The notes beneath the pieces are model-generated. The model was given only the letters and a program-made list of their open reading frames with translations, was not told where the DNA came from and did not search any database. From an uncultured candidatus Porisulfidus sp. (GTDB lineage: Bacteria > Pseudomonadota > Gammaproteobacteria > Poriferisulfidales > Oxydemutatoraceae): a DNA stretch of 64,000 nucleotides. Shown here in pieces: positions 61,901 to 64,000 of the stretch; position 1 is the stretch's first letter; each line of letters opens with the position of its first letter. The DNA is taken from contig OZ244052.1 of assembly GCA_965215125.1 (NCBI GenBank), positions 64,001 through 128,000 of the forward strand. Direction: 5' to 3'. The translations under genes were made by a program, and so were the position numbers.

Positions 61901-64000
61901 TATACGGCTATTTATCGTTACCGCCTCGCTCGTCACCGGATCCACCAACGGATTACCCACCAAATCGGTCAAGCTATCTATACGACCTAGGGTATATACT
62001 TGGGTAGTGGCAGCATCAACATCGGGGTCGTTCACATTAAAGCTGATCGTCGCACTTTGCAAGGTAGTGAGGTCTACGCTACCGATATCGATTTGCGCAC
62101 CCGCCAATACGACGACCGGAGTGCCGGGCGGGTCTTCGGAATTCGTCCGTTGCGGTGCTCGCAACAACACATAAGAGTCACTACTTTCTATGCCTTCTAT
62201 GCCTTCACCGGCGGTGACATTAAAACTGCCACGATACGCGGTGCCGCTTTTGATGATTGCACCATTCGGTACTACCGTGAGCGACGGGCTTTCGCGTTCT
62301 ATCGCAAATAATGCTTGTGCGTTTGCATCCAACGGCAACGGTGGCGTTGTCGTCACTTCGGTAGGTGTCGTGCCGCCTATGCTTACGACCGGGTCGTTAC
62401 TTGCAAGGTCGCGTAATCTATCGTCGGCACTGCGCCCCAGCGTAAAGCCTTCGGTGTTCAGGGCTTCGTCAATGGATAATCTCGATATATCCGTATAGCG
62501 TACTATGACCGTTCTAGTTGTTACTACCGTTATCTCTTCCGCCAGTCTGCCCGACATCGGCTCGTATGTATCGCGACCTTGAAGTTTGCGCAACAAGCTA
62601 TACGATCCACTCTGCCTCAAATCCGAAAACTGCGTTGCCGGCACATCCGACGGTGCGGCCACCCTAAATGCCATCGTATAACCGCTCACCGCTATCTCAA
62701 GATCACCCTCCCTCGCTACCGTATAGCTCGGCGACTCGGTATCTCTCACCGCAACCGCTTCATCGCGGGAATCCAAACGCTCGCCACGTTCAATCTCGTC
62801 TTCGGTATTCACCGGGTCAACCGGATAATTGCTCACAAAATCCAGCAAATTGTCGCGCCGCGCCAGTGTGAAACCCATAGTCTCCATAACTTCGTCGCTA
62901 CGCTCGAAGCGCGTGCTAAAACTAATTGTCGCCGACGCATCGGACACCGCATCCACCGCTATCCGTGCCGTTCGGGTACTCGGCGCACTACCATCACTCG
63001 GAATGTGCCACAGCCAATACGAAGCGTCATCACCCAGTCCCAAAATACCGTTTGAACCCGATAGACCATCGTCAACCGTCGTATTCGCCGTCACCTCGAA
63101 TGTTCCGCGATACACCAACGGGTCGTTCTCGTCGGGCATTACACCCTGCGCTACAACACCGATGCTCGGGTGCGTTCGGTTGGTCTCAACAAGTGCTTCG
63201 TCGCTGTCGTCAAATAGGCGATCGGCACCTATGGTAATCGGGATGTTATAGGCAAGGTCGCGCACACCCCCATTATTACCCAGTGTGAAACCTACCGTCT
63301 CGCGCGCCTCGGCTTCGCTTAAACGAATATTGGTAAATACGGTATAGCTGGACGCTTCACCCGTTATACTAAACTCATTAGGATTAGGAACTATGGCATA
63401 GCCACCTCCGGCAAGTTTGCGTAACAATCTCCAAGATTGTGGGCGTATTACAGTATTGTCCAGGAGTTCATCGGCTTCTAACCGAAACCATATGCCATAG
63501 CCATTGACAATCCCTCTATTGTTTGATGTGGTAATTGTTGGCTTAAAATTGGGATCTATAGATAGCGATATTGTCGGAGCTTGCGTATCTCTACGAGCGA
63601 TTGCCTCGGCTGCGGTATCCAACTCGTCTCCGATATCAACCGCAGGCGCATTACCGTAGATATCGACAAAATTAGCGTTTGTGCCGCGAGCTAGGGTAAA
63701 GCCTCGGATGCGTCGTACTGTCTCCACGCTGTCAAGTGTGACAGTATAAGTCAGTGTCGTCGCATCTCCATTACGACTCAACTCGGTCTCGGATGTTCGT
63801 AGTATCACATGAGTTATTGACGATGCCGACACCGGTAAATTTTCGTCTATGGGCTTCGCAATCACTCGATAAGAACTGCTATCCGCTATTCCCAAAACCT
63901 CGCGGTTTGCCCGTACCGCAAATTCCATCCCGTAGCTATTAGGTGTTATTAAATCCGGAACCGCCTCGTATTCGTAGATTGATACAAAACTAGGACGGGG
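55937..64000 (-). CDS. Giant repeat protein 2 (>2680 aa, 5' end beyond window, C-terminal KLFLEGP tag)
   Basis: Frame stays open to the window end; same 18-module order as giant protein 1. Confidence 0.9.
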   Translation of the reverse strand, partial: PRPSFVSIYEYEAVPDLITPNSYGMEFAVRANREVLGIADSSSYRVIAKPIDENLPVSASSITHVILRTSETELSRNGDATTLTYTVTLDSVETVRRIRGFTLARGTNANFVDIYGNAPAVDIGDELDTAAEAIARRDTQAPTISLSIDPNFKPTITTSNNRGIVNGYGIWFRLEADELLDNTVIRPQSWRLLRKLAGGGYAIVPNPNEFSITGEASSYTVFTNIRLSEAEARETVGFTLGNNGGVRDLAYNIPITIGADRLFDDSDEALVETNRTHPSIGVVAQGVMPDENDPLVYRGTFEVTANTTVDDGLSGSNGILGLGDDASYWLWHIPSDGSAPSTRTARIAVDAVSDASATISFSTRFERSDEVMETMGFTLARRDNLLDFVSNYPVDPVNTEDEIERGERLDSRDEAVAVRDTESPSYTVAREGDLEIAVSGYTMAFRVAAPSDVPATQFSDLRQSGSYSLLRKLQGRDTYEPMSGRLAEEITVVTTRTVIVRYTDISRLSIDEALNTEGFTLGRSADDRLRDLASNDPVVSIGGTTPTEVTTTPPLPLDANAQALFAIERESPSLTVVPNGAIIKSGTAYRGSFNVTAGEGIEGIESSDSYVLLRAPQRTNSEDPPGTPVVVLAGAQIDIGSVDLTTLQSATISFNVNDPDVDAATTQVYTLGRIDSLTDLVGNPLVDPVTSEAVTINSRIDSRATAEATIPATDTGAPIITVDADGNAVADVGNPLVYRGTFTVTANEDVLGIGYADSYNLLRIARDGEHTITTMTVIQVNEATTADVLGSTATVMFSTTLTVVSLEQTYGFTLGRRDNLKNSSNISAVVDAERRDRLDISGDAVALVDRPLQITAEAITDINHYLSRLIPFNQPDGPKAYPKVNDANDTDVNGNRYSMLFEVRSLNGTAIPGIGSTSSYVLLHVPTDDNEVINLADYIVANSVEMVSFDQTRARVRYTVEFGADTADAAVSLTQRTAGFVLGRATGKLQDDAQPLDSDGNPIADNARINPNPAAIAARDTQSPTVVVDGNLVVGQNGFRVNFNARTESGESLKPQWQQFESHNIFRKLNTGAYSSIARVNTFLSLITLISNNLSVGTSSPFRLSENETRDTVGFTLGYSGASTLRDLSNNDVYQGGTTTQTITTDQPFDIRDDAVTFRDTNPPFIEVTGGLAGDVLDGAQLVFTMTAKTLVDDKEVDALVHGLGTRSALDGSTNLQGPYQLLRILEDGSFEPHNEFSRSIIIESISTTQARITYQDVNLTIAEEQETFGFALGRRAHDANNPNDCPLCDYSGNAPVAVGTTKTVANNEPLDPRESAEIRVSDKMSPTITLRARGEARPDERNPYIYTGQFDVRSSEFIINNIDGGGRLHEPTSYILLRVPLEEDGSAGVPVAIDGIGGTTATLSALPAADYQIHNPNANPFVYLAISRSFRSRELMVTVDFGVELAPEVARQTYGFILGRAPIINASRDDCILCDILSNPPRNPNGDVIAYGDPLNTTVTAIVRRDIVSPHFTVTPIDSLDIRPDGYTMKFRVDPPADVSSTTASEARRSSSYRLLRKLGDNSYLPVSASQQAISAGGNIELSYTVPPLSIEQISETESFTLGLAIAGRLRDNSGNDPVMSVGGAPVTVDPPSPLDDSVIAHLAVERTSPAITVTANSLSKNGNNYIGSFDVTALEGIDGIESSTSYVLLRVLSGEQDVVLSDASISVGSADFNNLRSATIQFNVEDSVATNAHSFTLGRKAGLTDLAGNPPVDFADTGNPIDINERIDSRTSAASAVPNVDTDNPIITVEAIGKATPRVNDRLVYEGGFDVSSDKSVTGLDDQASYKLLRLTTDGATTEVAVTITVNSVSELQVSVAFATTLTALAEVNETIGFTLGRRANLTDASNNPPQLGSEGRLDVSADAIAEVDKLLQITAEAVIDESADIFNQAPFYSGVPDPKAYPEANLSTGFLNGNQYSMIFEVRSLNGEVVPDIASTSSYVLLHVPTTEDNAIDLSEYITAHTVETITTDTHVRVKYTVSFGAADDEEATVNLTQRTAGFVLGRAAGKLENDALPLNGEGDSIEDGMRINPQSSAIAARNTVMPEIEVYPDPTEAFAGVNGFNMSFNLVMQNGVFSIRDIGLLRSLNTNPVSYSEPTEVNYNPLYPIGEDLDVMISSLRLSENEARETVGFTVGYNGSSVLFRGPSNNNVLRQDTEDIGSTIAQGQPLNIIPTALVTIADKNPPFIEVTASPVNVVTVRSDTIAYDITFDVAAKQWDGGLKVDATDVRGLDSATSYQLLRVLEDGGLVAVQNVQNSSATSVSTTRATVYFGNVQVPVSEIENITGFTLTRALSDPDDPNGCPLCDYASNAPFVAGTTETIVGTLTTPTDGFKPLDRGDAAVATIDMADAVSAPTLMVTASEATPNPDNGDEYTMNFVVQSDQPISGNLGILTSYRLVHKPTTGTALVLNNFIRASSLIINDDNDEATLGYTIRFNNTERQTQRTAGFALAANEGLSDMLGNLAMNRQGEAIGMGAEIDTTSTAIARRDTVPPAIIVTADGGAIRDDINTNRYRMRFTVTVAGGEQVRGIDNSDSYTLLQILETGSPQLIVSTATLTPIDSGVTIAYDNIEISENSLNPTLGFTLGRAGTGLRDLANNDPVDANPENSMEIIDDNREQLDSRLDAIAGLVRGMLLRVKLFLEGPFR
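62212..64000. repeat. ~1.8-kb near-identical segment shared by the two giant genes, copy 2 (continues off window)
   Basis: Aligns with 51602-53390. Confidence 0.95.

Noticed and set aside
45457-63942. Many plus-strand ORFs opposite the giant genes, and short antisense ORFs elsewhere
   Set aside because: Shadow ORFs of long coding regions with no motifs; duplicates simply mirror the paralog repeat.
51602-64000. Diversity-generating retroelement template/variable repeat pair
   Set aside because: Both copies are coding, differences are not adenine-specific, and no reverse transcriptase is in the window.

Overview
Gammaproteobacterial-type chromosomal segment (gene order TPR-lolB-ispE-tRNA-Gln-prs, aceEF-lpdA, rnhA) with many accessory insertions. 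1-6.4 kb is a defence-like island: partial type III Mod methyltransferase, pentapeptide and RDD proteins, and an Rpn nuclease tandem array in which each copy has an intragenic sigma70 promoter and RBS for its C-terminal (RpnS-type) module; one copy is reduced to that promoter plus two C-terminal modules. 6.4-35 kb is mostly housekeeping, with tRNA-Glu, tRNA-Gln and a type II R-M pair inserted directly before lolB. 35-45 kb holds an unusual Zn-finger/LAGLIDADG-like/QueD fusion, an orphan M.HindIII-like methyltransferase between 300-bp direct repeats, a tetrahydromethanopterin C1 cluster (orfY-mch-orf5-orf7-fae) and methanethiol oxidase mtoX. 45-64 kb holds two paralogous giant repeat proteins, each ending in a K(V/L)FLEGP tag, with a separately secreted dockerin-like protein between them that resembles the rest of the domain the tag normally begins. 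This is a candidate split-domain (strand-complementation) anchoring system and the most novel-looking feature. All family assignments come from motif recognition by eye; no searches were run.
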